A DNA stretch of 64,000 nucleotides from Minwuia sp. (GTDB lineage Bacteria > Pseudomonadota > Alphaproteobacteria > Minwuiales > Minwuiaceae). Positions 20,601 through 29,085 of the stretch are shown in pieces. The notes under the pieces were generated by a model. It was not told the DNA's origin. It searched no databases and saw only the letters and a program-made list of their open reading frames with translations. Location of the stretch: assembly GCA_029213165.1 (NCBI GenBank), contig JARGNO010000005.1:42418-106417 (forward strand). The letters are read 5' to 3'. Position 1 is the stretch's first letter; every line of letters begins with the position of its first letter. The position numbers were made by a program, and so were the translations under genes.

Positions 20601-23600
20601 CGATCCCAGGCTGATCGCCCGGATGGTCGCGTCGATTCCGGCCGGATCACGCAAGATCTCGGACTCATCGAAGAACGAGCCGCCATTGGGCAGGCCATCG
20701 CTCAGGAAGAAGACATGGTTCGCACCGCCGCCCACGGTGCCGAAGAAGTTGATCGTCTCCGCCAGTGCCGCATCGAAGTGGGTTGCGCCCCCGGCCTGGA
20801 TGCCCGAAAGCACGGCGCTGACATCGGCAACGCCATCGCTGTCGCTGTCGGCGTCCGCGCGACCGGTGCTGATGATCTCTGCGGTATCATCGAACTGGAT
20901 GACGGAGACATTGGCTGCCCCCAGTCCTGCATCGACCAGGGAATCGTTCAGCGAGCCCACGGCAACGATCACGGCATCCAGGATGGTGTTCGCGAACCCG
21001 TCACCATTCACATCGCCGACCGCTGCGCCCTGGAACGGGTCGATCATGCTGCCCGAGCGATCCAGCACGAAGGCAATATTCAGATCATCATTCACCACCT
21101 GATCGCGGGACACGAAGCCGGTCAGTGTCTCCGTTGCCTCATCCGAGCGATCAGCGACGGTCATGCTGACGGTCAGTGGTTCGTTCGTCGTGATCGTGGT
21201 GACGGTGTCCGACGAGGTGACAGCCAGGTTACCGTCACCGTCGATGCGGTCCGCACCTTCACTGCCCAGCAACAGGTCATTGCCACTGCCGCCGAAGATC
21301 TCGTCGTTTCCGTCGCCGCCATCGGCGACATCATTCCCCGCACCGCCGACGAGCAGGTCGTCGCCGCCATTTCCGCTCAGCGTGTCGGCACCGTCATCGC
21401 CCAGCAATGTGTCATCGCCGGTGCCGTCCCCGACCAGCAGGCCGACCGTCTGACTGGTGCTGGCGATCGATCTGTCAACCGCGACCACGCGTGCGGTGAC
21501 CTCATCGGCCGCATTCGCGTCCAGCCCCGGCAGATCAGTCGCGAACCGCAGCCCGAGTGCCGTCGCGGTCAGGTCAGCGCCGTCGATGGTCTCCACCACC
21601 ACACCGTTGACCAGCAGTTCGACCCGCGCAATGTCGGCGGCGGCGACACCGCTGTCCTGGAGGTTGGCGTCGAGCAGTGCCGGATCCGTCACCCGCTCCG
21701 CTGTATTGTTGGCCAGACCGTCATCCAGCAGATCTATCTGCGCCAGACCCGCGTTGGCCCCCAGGCCAATCCCCCGGATGGTCGCATTGATGCCTGCGGG
21801 ATCACGCAACACTGCGGACTCATCGTCAAAGGGGCCGCCGTTCGGGTCGCCGTCGGAGATGAAGAAGACGTGGTTCGCACCAGCAGCAGCCGACTCGAAG
21901 AATTCGACAGCGGATGCCAGTCCGGCATCGAAAAAGGTCAGGTTGCCCGGCGTCAGCGCCCGCAACGCCTCCTCGATATCCGTCACGCCATCCAGGTCAC
22001 TGTCAAAGCCGGCCGCAGCCACTTCGGCGATGCTGGCATCGTCGGAAAACGGGATCACGGCGACATTGGCATCATCCAGACCGGCATCAATGAGGGATTG
22101 GTTCAACGCCACGAATGATGCGATCACCGCATCCAGAAGGGTGTTCGGGGTGCCATCGCCATCCTGATCGCCGACGCTGGAGCCTGAGAAGTTGGCCAGC
22201 ATGCTGCCCGAGACATCGATGACGAAGGCGATATTGACGCTGTCGCCGATCACGGTTTCTCCGGTCACGAAACCGCTGGCCGGAATGACCGTGTCGTTCG
22301 AGGCATCCGGCAACGTCAGGCTGATGGTCAGCGGGTCCCCGGCAGTGGTCGTGACAGTCGTGTCGGTAGTGACGTTCTCGCCGCCATCTCCCACCAGCAG
22401 GTCATCACCGGACCCCCCTTCCAGGAGATCATCCTCCGCCCTTCCGAACAGCGCATCGTCACCATCACGCCCCTCCAGACGGTTCTGCGCTTCGTCACCG
22501 GCGATGGCGTCGTCGCCCGGCGTGCCGATCACATTCTCGATGGACGCCAGAACATCAATCGCGCCGAAGGGATCAAGCGCCTGCCCGGCCTCCAGGTCCA
22601 CGACAACCGGGTTCCCGGAAATTGCATCCAGGTCCAGCGCGAAGTTCGATACCCGCGCCACATCATCCGCTGTCATCGACTGCAACTGACCCGTCGCGCC
22701 ACCTTCCAGCGCAAGCAGCAAATTGCCCATCACGTTGATGTCCTGCGACTGCGAGGTGAAATGCAGGATCGAGGTCGATTCACCCGGGGCCAGCGTCAGG
22801 TCAAACTGATAGAACAGCGTATCAGCGGCCAGCGAGCCCACCTGTGGCTGCACGGCGCCGGTACCATCGCCGAAGAAATGCAGCACGAACGGGTCCCCGG
22901 AGCCGGCTTGCGAGTCATCCGAGATAACGAACCTGTCGCCCTGACCAAACCCCTGACCGGCAGGCGACTGTACGAGAACCTGCGTGGCCGAATCGGACCC
23001 GAGGTTCGACACGATCTGGACCGAGAAGGTCTGCGCCACCGCTCCCTGGTTGGTGAAGGTCTCCAGATAGCGTGCGAAGGCAGCATCGCTCGGCACGAAC
23101 ACCTGCCGCTCGACACCGATGTCCTGGGTCGTATTGGCCGCAGCGAGCGTGCGTCCGTCCGCCGACTGGCGAAGCGGACTGTCCGGGGTAAACCCTGTCG
23201 AGACGCCAGCCTGGGTGATGAAGAGTTCCAGACCACCGTCAAAGGCGTCGTTCGAGCCATCCTGAACCGAGAGCGAAGTGTCGAAATCCCACTCGAAGCC
23301 ATCACCGTCAAACAGCGCCGGCGCATTGCCACCAATCGCCTGCAGATCCAGTTCGGCAGCGTCAATCAGTCCGTTACCGCCCGCACTGTAGTCGACGGTA
23401 TCGATCCCGCCGTTGCCATCAAGGGTGTCGTTGCCTGCTCCGCCATCCAGTGTGTCATTGCCGGCGGCGTTGTCGGTTGCGACCTCGATCACCTGGGTCG
23501 TCGTGACCGTCGAGCCATCGACGGCGATCACCCGAGCAGACACCGTGTCCTCGAACGCGGGACTGAGGCCCGCGGCGGTTGCTGAGAAGCGCAGCCCGAA

Positions 23601-24638
23601 CGGGGTCTCGACGAGCTGTGACGCATCAATGGTGGTCGCGAGCACGCCATTGACGAATATCTCCACCCGGTCGATTTCGGACACCGGGACATTCGTGTCA
23701 GTCAATCCGGCATCCAGCGCATCGGGGTCGAGCACACGCTCGACCGAACTGTTGGCAAGCCCGTCATCAAGCAGGTCGAGGCTGTTCAGGCTGGCACTGC
23801 TTCCCAATGCGATTGCACGAATTTCAGCACCTGCCCCGGCAGGGTCCCGCAACAGCTCCGCCTCATCGGTGAAGCCGTTGTTGTCCGGCAGCCCATCCGA
23901 GATGAAGAAGACCTGGTTCTCCCCCGACGAGGTGCCGTCAAAGAATATCTGCGCCTGCTGGAGACCGGCATCGAAGGCCGTCGAGCCCCCGTCATCCAGC
24001 GCCGAAAGCACCTGAACGACATCCAGCACACCGTTCTGATCGGAATCCTGGTCGGCACGTCCGGTGAAGACGATCTGTGAACTCGATGCGAACGGAATGA
24101 TGGCGATATTGGCATCACCCAGCCCGGCATTGATCAGCGACTGGTTCAGGGACGAAAAGGAGGCAATCACCGCGTCGAGCAGCGTGTTCGATGATCCGTC
24201 ACCATTCAGGTCACCAACGGTCGATCCCTGGAACTGCCCGCTCATGCTGCCCGAAACATCGATGACGAAGGCAATGTTCAGATCGGCGGAAACCTGTTCC
24301 TCACGTGAGACAAAGCCGCTGATATCCTCGAAGACACGGTTGGACTCATCGGCAACCGTCAGACTGATGGTCAGGGGGTCGTTGGTCGTGGTTGTCGTGA
24401 CGTCAGACGTGGTGACAGTCGTGTTCCGGTCCCCGTCGAGACTGTCGTTTCCGCTGCCGCCCGAAATGCTGTCATCACCGGCACCACCGTCGGCGGTGTC
24501 ATTGCCGCTGCCACCGAATATGACATCCGCACCGGAAAGGGCATCAAGCCGGTCGTTGCCGCCATTGCCGATCAAGGTATCGGCGTCATCCGTTCCCGTC
24601 AGCGTATCGGCCGCATCAAGCCCAACAACCTCAACCAT
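14697..24638 (-). CDS. Giant RTX adhesin-like protein (3313 aa): 3 vWA modules, RTX rolls, FG-GAP propeller, 2 cohesin-like, 3 cadherin-like and a C-terminal dockerin-like module
   Basis: Three IAFV[IL]DxSGSM MIDAS motifs, dozens of GGxGxD repeats, DxDGDG..E[IL] repeats, LLDDAGGRF...DFE cadherin motifs and a duplicated DxDGDG..NALSDG. Confidence 0.9.
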   Translation of the reverse strand: MVEVVGLDAADTLTGTDDADTLIGNGGNDRLDALSGADVIFGGSGNDTADGGAGDDSISGGSGNDSLDGDRNTTVTTSDVTTTTTNDPLTISLTVADESNRVFEDISGFVSREEQVSADLNIAFVIDVSGSMSGQFQGSTVGDLNGDGSSNTLLDAVIASFSSLNQSLINAGLGDANIAIIPFASSSQIVFTGRADQDSDQNGVLDVVQVLSALDDGGSTAFDAGLQQAQIFFDGTSSGENQVFFISDGLPDNNGFTDEAELLRDPAGAGAEIRAIALGSSASLNSLDLLDDGLANSSVERVLDPDALDAGLTDTNVPVSEIDRVEIFVNGVLATTIDASQLVETPFGLRFSATAAGLSPAFEDTVSARVIAVDGSTVTTTQVIEVATDNAAGNDTLDGGAGNDTLDGNGGIDTVDYSAGGNGLIDAAELDLQAIGGNAPALFDGDGFEWDFDTSLSVQDGSNDAFDGGLELFITQAGVSTGFTPDSPLRQSADGRTLAAANTTQDIGVERQVFVPSDAAFARYLETFTNQGAVAQTFSVQIVSNLGSDSATQVLVQSPAGQGFGQGDRFVISDDSQAGSGDPFVLHFFGDGTGAVQPQVGSLAADTLFYQFDLTLAPGESTSILHFTSQSQDINVMGNLLLALEGGATGQLQSMTADDVARVSNFALDLDAISGNPVVVDLEAGQALDPFGAIDVLASIENVIGTPGDDAIAGDEAQNRLEGRDGDDALFGRAEDDLLEGGSGDDLLVGDGGENVTTDTTVTTTAGDPLTISLTLPDASNDTVIPASGFVTGETVIGDSVNIAFVIDVSGSMLANFSGSSVGDQDGDGTPNTLLDAVIASFVALNQSLIDAGLDDANVAVIPFSDDASIAEVAAAGFDSDLDGVTDIEEALRALTPGNLTFFDAGLASAVEFFESAAAGANHVFFISDGDPNGGPFDDESAVLRDPAGINATIRGIGLGANAGLAQIDLLDDGLANNTAERVTDPALLDANLQDSGVAAADIARVELLVNGVVVETIDGADLTATALGLRFATDLPGLDANAADEVTARVVAVDRSIASTSQTVGLLVGDGTGDDTLLGDDGADTLSGNGGDDLLVGGAGNDVADGGDGNDEIFGGSGNDLLLGSEGADRIDGDGNLAVTSSDTVTTITTNEPLTVSMTVADRSDEATETLTGFVSRDQVVNDDLNIAFVLDRSGSMIDPFQGAAVGDVNGDGFANTILDAVIVAVGSLNDSLVDAGLGAANVSVIQFDDTAEIISTGRADADSDSDGVADVSAVLSGIQAGGATHFDAALAETINFFGTVGGGANHVFFLSDGLPNGGSFFDESEILRDPAGIDATIRAISLGSGNNLLDLDLLDDGLDNGSVELAADPQALDANLQGADVDAGEIDRVEIRVNGILQTTIPAAALVSTPFGLRFSAQVSGLDVGADDIVEARLIATDGTSVSTAQTIEVDGGAGAGNDVIGGGAGNDTLSGNGGNDLIQGNDGDDLLFGGAADDILQGNDGDDTLSGGLGDDNLDGGAGVDTADFSNAAQGMRLALGTSSAITRAPDVTGEGQDSLAGIENLIGSDFDDIVTGDLQANLILGGAGSDDILGAGGADTIFGEAGDDFVEGGDGDDQVFGGAGNDLLVGEDEIVVPGGNGSTPGDDTLDGGDGDDTLDGGAGNDHLIGGTGFDLADYVSSPDAVAADLVTGQVTGEGTDTLSGIEAVSGSALGDLLAGDGVANLLQGNDGNDTLSGGGGDDTLDGGADTDTADFSSSFIGVDVDLVAGTASGQGNDTLIGIENVVGTVDADTLTGNAAANRLEGGAAQDILAGGDGNDTLVGGDGSDLLSGGSGDDQQFGGSGDDEFAGSPGNDLIDGGVGTDILNHGLSTGAVQVDLAQGTASGQGSDTLVSIEQVFGSGFGDLLRGSAGGELLSGGDGDDTLSGGFGDDTLAGGTGTDQAVFDFALDPFGVEFISNGSGLRISPFGDGEQDSLDAAFEILEFTDITFDLTQGSGGSDGLVGSAANDLIGGLGGADTVAGRAGDDLLSGDDGDDILLGEGGDDTLIGGDGDDTLSGGDGVDLLVGGAGSDLFQIGVADGSTIIGGLESGSDLIDLRAFDIFDFDGLLAVSQDLPVLSAIGEPLGSLEVTLSPTQTLVIETFVGPGPQAGDFIFADAPDRPFEAARDLEVADGDWRYTGRTVDKALGDPTDYAAQDWSAPDITTLSGEQGFHLAIGDVTGDGNAEIVIAGPSGIRIVDGAGQTVATATVGATPRDVILEDINGDGDLEIIAGSRGTTNLQVNVVDGDGTVLQTIAGPGDGSDAGNLQMYPVAYLGDGDLAVAFRSGFDLDPRGVAVYDLNDGAEQFLFDTGPEVTSVSVGDLGNDGTLDFALNIFTPLNGATGNGADGTGTLTRDNRASTIIVAEDGSETLVADIVLASGGTTSGSVEQIIVDLDGDGVNEILLSSGHTAQHPGLTEIQVLGADGTVEHRATTIANAPATLLAHDIDGDGDLEIVVSHGSSQDLRLFDHDLNLLGTRTGITFSVAAGADIDGDGQSEIVTANGSAIRILSGSDLSDFTAPVDLGANIRRMVTTDIDGDGRADLIATTDGGTFLIQGDAPVPDSTDVIITPSIPGVIADTGESFSFSTVYSNALGDEATTGIGLRIHFDSTILTYDLASNVFARSLQPFGQVIEADTQDFDNDASTDTFVAFNWADFGGNWPGPGNLPQVLLDSTFTVTGNLADTSINYSASSVPNGFGFDATSFEVVADRWPLPDDLLVTEGALSGVVVADLSPANIDPDDPGAFTLLDDAGGRFRLNGFVLEVANGDLIDFETATAHDITIRIDSNTGASVERTATVGVEDAAFQLVTPVVGGSISGSGETVVVSAEYTTADPVDASLSGLGLRVHFDSTALSFVGFENLLQTALQPFGQVVELDTSDFDNDASTDSFIATNWADFGQNFPGVETQLLYDALFTSVNGSDATVNFSASSTAGGRIFVGESFAVVGDRWPLPDDVVVAENTADGSLVADLSDGLVLDPDDPGVFSLLDDAGGRFSLDGFELRVADGSGLDFEAAAGHELTVQISSNTGAVVARTLNVGVTDVNEAPTSVELDNATVAEDAAAATVVGQLSGEDPDGDALVFALLDDAGGRFALDGDRIVVAGDDALDFETAQSHQIRVEARDGGGLTFEDVLTVDVTDVAEATLDLDGDGNLNALSDGLIALGRMFGAPVQQLSGFAAAGSPGADPAELELRLQEAEAGFFDVDGDGVQNALSDGLIILGRLFGAPASQLASFANPDGLRTTPEDISGFLDAVDINVALADLADAAAVAAVQ

Positions 24639-24660
24639 GCTGATCGCCCTCTACCCGTAA

Positions 24661-24900
24661 CTACCGGTAGCACTTTATTCATACTCTTTTTACGAGTGCA
24701 ACACATGATATTCCCGTTATTGATTCAATTCAGATAATATATCCTCTATAAAGTGTTCATGAAGTCTTTTCATGATCAACACTATCCTTGATTGCGTGTC
24801 GGCTGGATGAAGACAAGTATCAGATCGAATGTTGCACGCCACAATGCTATCTATAATTGCGCTTCATTCGATCATTGAGGTCTTCACTTGTTCAGGTTGA
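24661..24900. promoter_or_regulatory. AT-rich divergent promoter region between the T1SS operon and potF
   Basis: Hand count of 92 G+C in 240 nt (~38%) against GC-rich flanks. Contains the palindrome CTACCGGTAG at 24661-24670. Confidence 0.6.
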
Positions 24901-25098
24901 GCGAAATTCCGGTCAGCATCCGGTCACGATATCCGCCGGAACACCTGCGACGATGATCGTTGTCGCTGTCCCAGGACGGACCCTGCCTGCGACTGTCGGT
25001 GGGAATCCACCAGCAGGCGCAGGCAGCCATTGCCAGCATCCCGGCGCGGGAGTACGAATCGCAGACATGTTTCATGTCTGTTCGAGGAGCCACCTGCT

Positions 25099-26187
25099 GT
25101 GCGACGTCCCCTGATTTCCCTGGTGGCTGGTGCCGCCTTTCTGCCCGCGGCTGCAATGGCCGACGGTGAACTGAACTTCTACAACTGGTCCGACTACATC
25201 GGTGAGACGACGCTGGCCGACTTCACGGCGGAGACCGGCACGAAGGTCAACTACGACGTCTATGATTCCAATGACGTGCTGGAGGCCAAGCTGCTGGCCG
25301 GCAGTTCGGGATATGACCTTGTCGTCCCGACCGCCATGCCGACGCTCGGCCGCCTGATCAAGGCGGGTGCGGTTCAGAAGCTGGACAAGTCGAAGATCCC
25401 CAACCTCGCCAATCTGGACCCGGCACTGATGGACCGCGTTCGCACCGTCGATCCGGATCTGGAATATGGTGCCATCTGGCAGTGGGGCACCAATGGGATA
25501 GGTATCAACGTCAAGAAGGTGAAGGAACGGCTGGGTGACGTGCCGCTGGACACCTTTGACCTGCTGTTCGACCCCGCGACCGTGGCGAAGCTTGCCGATT
25601 GCGGCGTCACACTGGTCGATTCTGCGGAAGAGGTCGTTCCCCTGGTCATCAACTATCTGGGTGGCGATCAGGCGGCGGAGGACATGGACTGGCTGAAGAA
25701 GGCGGAGGAGCACCTGCTGAAGCTGCGCCCGCATTATCGCTACTTCCATTCCTCGCGTTACATCAACGACCTCGCGAATGGCGAGATCTGCGTGGCTGCC
25801 GGTTTCTCCGGTGACATCTTCATCGCCGCGGCCCGTGCCGAGGAATCCGGCAACGGTGTCGAGATCGAGTACAAGATCCCGCGCGAAGGCACCTTCATCT
25901 GGTTCGACATGATGGCCATTCCAGCCGGTGCGCCGCATGTCGATGCCGCACATGCCTTCATCAACTTCGCGCTGGAGCCGAAGAACATCGCCGGAGTGAC
26001 CAATTATGTCTGGTACGCCAACGCGGTACCCGGCTCACTGCCGATGGTGGATGAGGAAGTGCGCACCAATCCGTCGATCTTCCCGACCGACGCAGTGAAG
26101 GAGAAGCTGTTCGCCGCCGTGCTGAAATCTCCCCGCTTCACCCGCGCCGTGAACCGGTCGTGGACCAAGGTCCGCACGGGCGAGTAG
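25099..26187 (+). CDS. potF: Polyamine (putrescine) ABC transporter substrate-binding protein
   Basis: NFYNWSDYI, YDVYDSNDVLEAKLLAGSSGYDLVVP and WFDMMAIP motifs. GTG start at 25099 after GAGGAG. Confidence 0.9.
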   Translation: MRRPLISLVAGAAFLPAAAMADGELNFYNWSDYIGETTLADFTAETGTKVNYDVYDSNDVLEAKLLAGSSGYDLVVPTAMPTLGRLIKAGAVQKLDKSKIPNLANLDPALMDRVRTVDPDLEYGAIWQWGTNGIGINVKKVKERLGDVPLDTFDLLFDPATVAKLADCGVTLVDSAEEVVPLVINYLGGDQAAEDMDWLKKAEEHLLKLRPHYRYFHSSRYINDLANGEICVAAGFSGDIFIAAARAEESGNGVEIEYKIPREGTFIWFDMMAIPAGAPHVDAAHAFINFALEPKNIAGVTNYVWYANAVPGSLPMVDEEVRTNPSIFPTDAVKEKLFAAVLKSPRFTRAVNRSWTKVRTGE

Positions 26188-26193
26188 ACACAG

Positions 26194-27306
26194 TTGGCCG
26201 CCGCCGACAGCACCGGCACCCTGGTCAGCATCCAGGGCGTCACCAAGGACTTCGGCGGCGTGCTCGCCGTTGACGGCATAGATCTGGACATCCGTCGGGG
26301 AGAGTTCTTCTCCCTGCTCGGTGGCTCCGGCTGCGGCAAGACCACCCTGCTGCGGATGCTGGGCGGGTTCGAGACACCGACCAGCGGGCGCATCATGATC
26401 GACGGACAGGACATGGCGGACGTGCCCGCCTATCGCCGCCCGGTGAACATGATGTTCCAGTCGTATGCCCTGTTTCCGCACATGAGCGTGGCCCAGAACG
26501 TCGCCTTCGGACTGGAGCAGGAGAAGGTCGCGAAGTCGGAGCGGGAGGATCGGGTCGCGGAGGCCCTGGAGATGGTACAGCTCAGTGACTTCGGTCGCCG
26601 CAAGCCGCACCAGCTCTCCGGTGGCCAGCGGCAGCGCGTGGCTCTCGCCCGGGCGCTGGTGAAGCGCCCGAAACTGCTGTTGCTGGACGAGCCACTGGCC
26701 GCGCTGGACAAGAAACTGCGGGAGAAGACACAGTTCGAACTGGCCAACATCCAGGTCAAGGTCGGCATCACCTTCATCATGGTCACCCATGATCAGGAGG
26801 AAGCGATGACCCTGTCCGACAGGCTGGCGGTCATGAACGCGGGCAAGATCATCCAGGTCGGAACACCGGGCGATATCTACGAATTCCCCGCCAATCGGAT
26901 GGTGGGCGAGTTCATCGGAACCATCAATGTCTTCGAGGGCAGGCTGGATGCGGCAGACGGCACCGTCCATTGCCCGGTGCTGTCCTGCCCCATCGTGCTG
27001 GAGGACAAGGTGACCGCGGAAGCCGGGAGCCAGATCGCCATCGGCATCCGCCCCGAGAAGATGCGTATCCGCAAGGCCGGCACCTCACCTTCCGAAACAT
27101 CCCCCGCCAGCAACCACCTGTCGGGAAAGGTCGAGGACATTGCCTATCTGGGAGACCTTTCGATCTTCCATGTCAGGCTGCATGACGGGCGCATCGTGCA
27201 GGTTTCCCGCACCAACGTCACACGCAGGCGCGACGAACCGCTGACCTGGGAGGATGCCGTGGAGGTCGAGTGGGATCCACAGGCGCCGGTGGTGCTGCAT
27301 CAGTGA
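26194..27306 (+). CDS. potG: Polyamine ABC transporter ATP-binding protein
   Basis: GGSGCGKTT, LSGGQRQRVALARAL, LLDEPL and a C-terminal TOBE region (AYLGD). Confidence 0.9.
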   Translation: MAAADSTGTLVSIQGVTKDFGGVLAVDGIDLDIRRGEFFSLLGGSGCGKTTLLRMLGGFETPTSGRIMIDGQDMADVPAYRRPVNMMFQSYALFPHMSVAQNVAFGLEQEKVAKSEREDRVAEALEMVQLSDFGRRKPHQLSGGQRQRVALARALVKRPKLLLLDEPLAALDKKLREKTQFELANIQVKVGITFIMVTHDQEEAMTLSDRLAVMNAGKIIQVGTPGDIYEFPANRMVGEFIGTINVFEGRLDAADGTVHCPVLSCPIVLEDKVTAEAGSQIAIGIRPEKMRIRKAGTSPSETSPASNHLSGKVEDIAYLGDLSIFHVRLHDGRIVQVSRTNVTRRRDEPLTWEDAVEVEWDPQAPVVLHQ

Positions 27307-28226
27307 CAGACGCGGCGGCAGACCAGGAACCGGACAGCCCCGCGCTCAGTGCCGGTCGCGGCCGTCTGATCGGCATCCTGATCCCCACCGCCTGGTTGTT
27401 GCTGTTCTTCGCCATTCCCTTCCTGTTCGTCATCAAGATTTCCCTGTCGGAGGCGGCCTATTCCGTTCCGCCGGTCAGTGACTTCCTGATCTGGCAGGAC
27501 GGCTGGCCGGTATTGCAGGCGACCTGGGCGAACTTCGCCCTGATCCTGGACGACCCCCTGTATGTGCAGGCCCTGCTGGGTTCCCTGCGGATCGCGCTGA
27601 TCGCCACCGCCCTGACCCTGGTGATCGGCTATCCCATGGCCTATGCCATCGCGCGGGCGGAGCCGGGGATGCGGACACCACTGTTGTTGCTGGTCATCCT
27701 GCCGTTCTGGACGTCGTTCCTGATCCGGGTCTACGCCTGGTCGACGCTGTTGCAGGATCAGGGGATGATCAACAATGCGCTGATGTGGCTGGGTGTCATC
27801 GATGATCCGGTCAGGATGCTGAACACGGAATTCGCGGTGCAGCTCGGTATCGTCTACTCCTATCTGCCGTTCATGATCCTGCCGCTCTACGCCACGCTGG
27901 AGCGGCTGGACGGCAGCCTGCTGGAGGCCTCGGCGGACCTGGGCGCACGGCCCACGACCACTTTCTGGCGGGTCACCCTGCCACTCTCCCTGCCCGGCGT
28001 CGCTGCGGGCTGCCTGCTGGTCTTCATCCCGGCGGCGGGGGAGTTCGTCATTCCGGAACTGCTGGGCGGTCCTGACACGCTGATGATCGGCAAGGTCATG
28101 TGGCAGGAATTCTTCAACAACCGCGACTGGCCGGTTGCCTCCGCCCTTGCCACCATCCTGCTGCTGCTGCTGATCCTGCCGATCCTGCTGCTGGACCGCA
28201 CCCAGTCCCGGGCGGAACAGGGATGA
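27303..28226 (+). CDS. potH: Polyamine ABC transporter permease
   Basis: LPFWTSFLIRVYAW and LLEASADLGA motifs. GTGA overlap with potG. Confidence 0.9.
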   Translation: MTDAAADQEPDSPALSAGRGRLIGILIPTAWLLLFFAIPFLFVIKISLSEAAYSVPPVSDFLIWQDGWPVLQATWANFALILDDPLYVQALLGSLRIALIATALTLVIGYPMAYAIARAEPGMRTPLLLLVILPFWTSFLIRVYAWSTLLQDQGMINNALMWLGVIDDPVRMLNTEFAVQLGIVYSYLPFMILPLYATLERLDGSLLEASADLGARPTTTFWRVTLPLSLPGVAAGCLLVFIPAAGEFVIPELLGGPDTLMIGKVMWQEFFNNRDWPVASALATILLLLLILPILLLDRTQSRAEQG

Positions 28227-29074
28227 GGCGCGGCAGTTTTCTCACCCTATGTCTCTGGGCCGGTTTCGCGTTCCTCTACCTGCCGATCATCGTGCTGATC
28301 GTCTATTCCTTCAACGCGTCGCGACTGGTGGCGGTCTGGGGTGGCTGGTCGGTGAAATGGTACGGCGAACTGTTCCGGGATCCGCAGGTGCTGGGGGCGG
28401 CATCCATGTCGCTGCAGATTGCGGCCATCAGCGCCACAGTGGCCGTGGTGATCGGCGGGCTGGCGGGCTACGCGCTCTCCCGCTTCGGACGGTTCAGGGG
28501 CCGCACCGGATTCTCGACCATGCTGACCGCGCCCCTGGTCATGCCGGAGGTCATCACCGGCCTGTCGCTGCTGATGCTGTTCATTGCCATGGAGGGGCTT
28601 CTGGGCTGGCCCGCCGGACGCGGCATGACCACCGTGATCATTGCCCATATCACCTTCGCTGCCGCCTATGTCGCCGTTGTGGTCCGGTCCCGCGTCGCCG
28701 GGCTGGACAGGGCGCTGGAAGAGGCTGCGATGGATCTCGGCGCACGACCCATGACCGTGCTGCGCCGCATCACCCTGCCGATGCTGATGCCGGGGCTGCT
28801 GTCAGGCTGGCTGCTGGCCTTCACCCTGTCCCTCGACGATCTGGTGATTGCCAGTTTCGTCACCGGTCCCGGTGCGACCACCCTGCCGATGCTAATCTTC
28901 TCCAAGGTCCGGCTGGGGGTCAGCCCCGACATCAATGCACTTGCGACACTGATCGTCGCCGTGGTTGCATCGGGCGTCCTGCTTTCGGGCTGGATCCTGT
29001 TGCGCGCGGAACGGCGCCACGCCAGACAGGTGCGCGCCGCCTTCCGCCGTGAAGGCGCCATGGACGGAAACTGA
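28223..29074 (+). CDS. potI: Polyamine ABC transporter permease
   Basis: FLYLPI...YSFN, LEEAAMDLGA and SLDDLVI motifs. ATGA overlap with potH. Confidence 0.9.
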   Translation: MRRGSFLTLCLWAGFAFLYLPIIVLIVYSFNASRLVAVWGGWSVKWYGELFRDPQVLGAASMSLQIAAISATVAVVIGGLAGYALSRFGRFRGRTGFSTMLTAPLVMPEVITGLSLLMLFIAMEGLLGWPAGRGMTTVIIAHITFAAAYVAVVVRSRVAGLDRALEEAAMDLGARPMTVLRRITLPMLMPGLLSGWLLAFTLSLDDLVIASFVTGPGATTLPMLIFSKVRLGVSPDINALATLIVAVVASGVLLSGWILLRAERRHARQVRAAFRREGAMDGN

Positions 29075-29085
29075 TCCCGAAACAG

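Noticed and set aside
3944-23585. Long plus-strand ORFs opposite the T1SS genes (e.g. 3944-5515, 10568-12631, 19641-22118)
   Set aside because: Antisense shadows caused by GC-rich codon bias; they have no motifs and no RBS logic.
7500-24600. Periodic DNA repeats that might suggest a CRISPR or satellite array
   Set aside because: They are degenerate coding repeats (RTX nonapeptides, Ig repeats), with no constant repeat and unique spacer structure.
24720-24734. FNR-like TTGAT-N4 site in the AT-rich region
   Set aside because: The second half-site is TTCAG, not ATCAA, which is too weak in AT-rich DNA.
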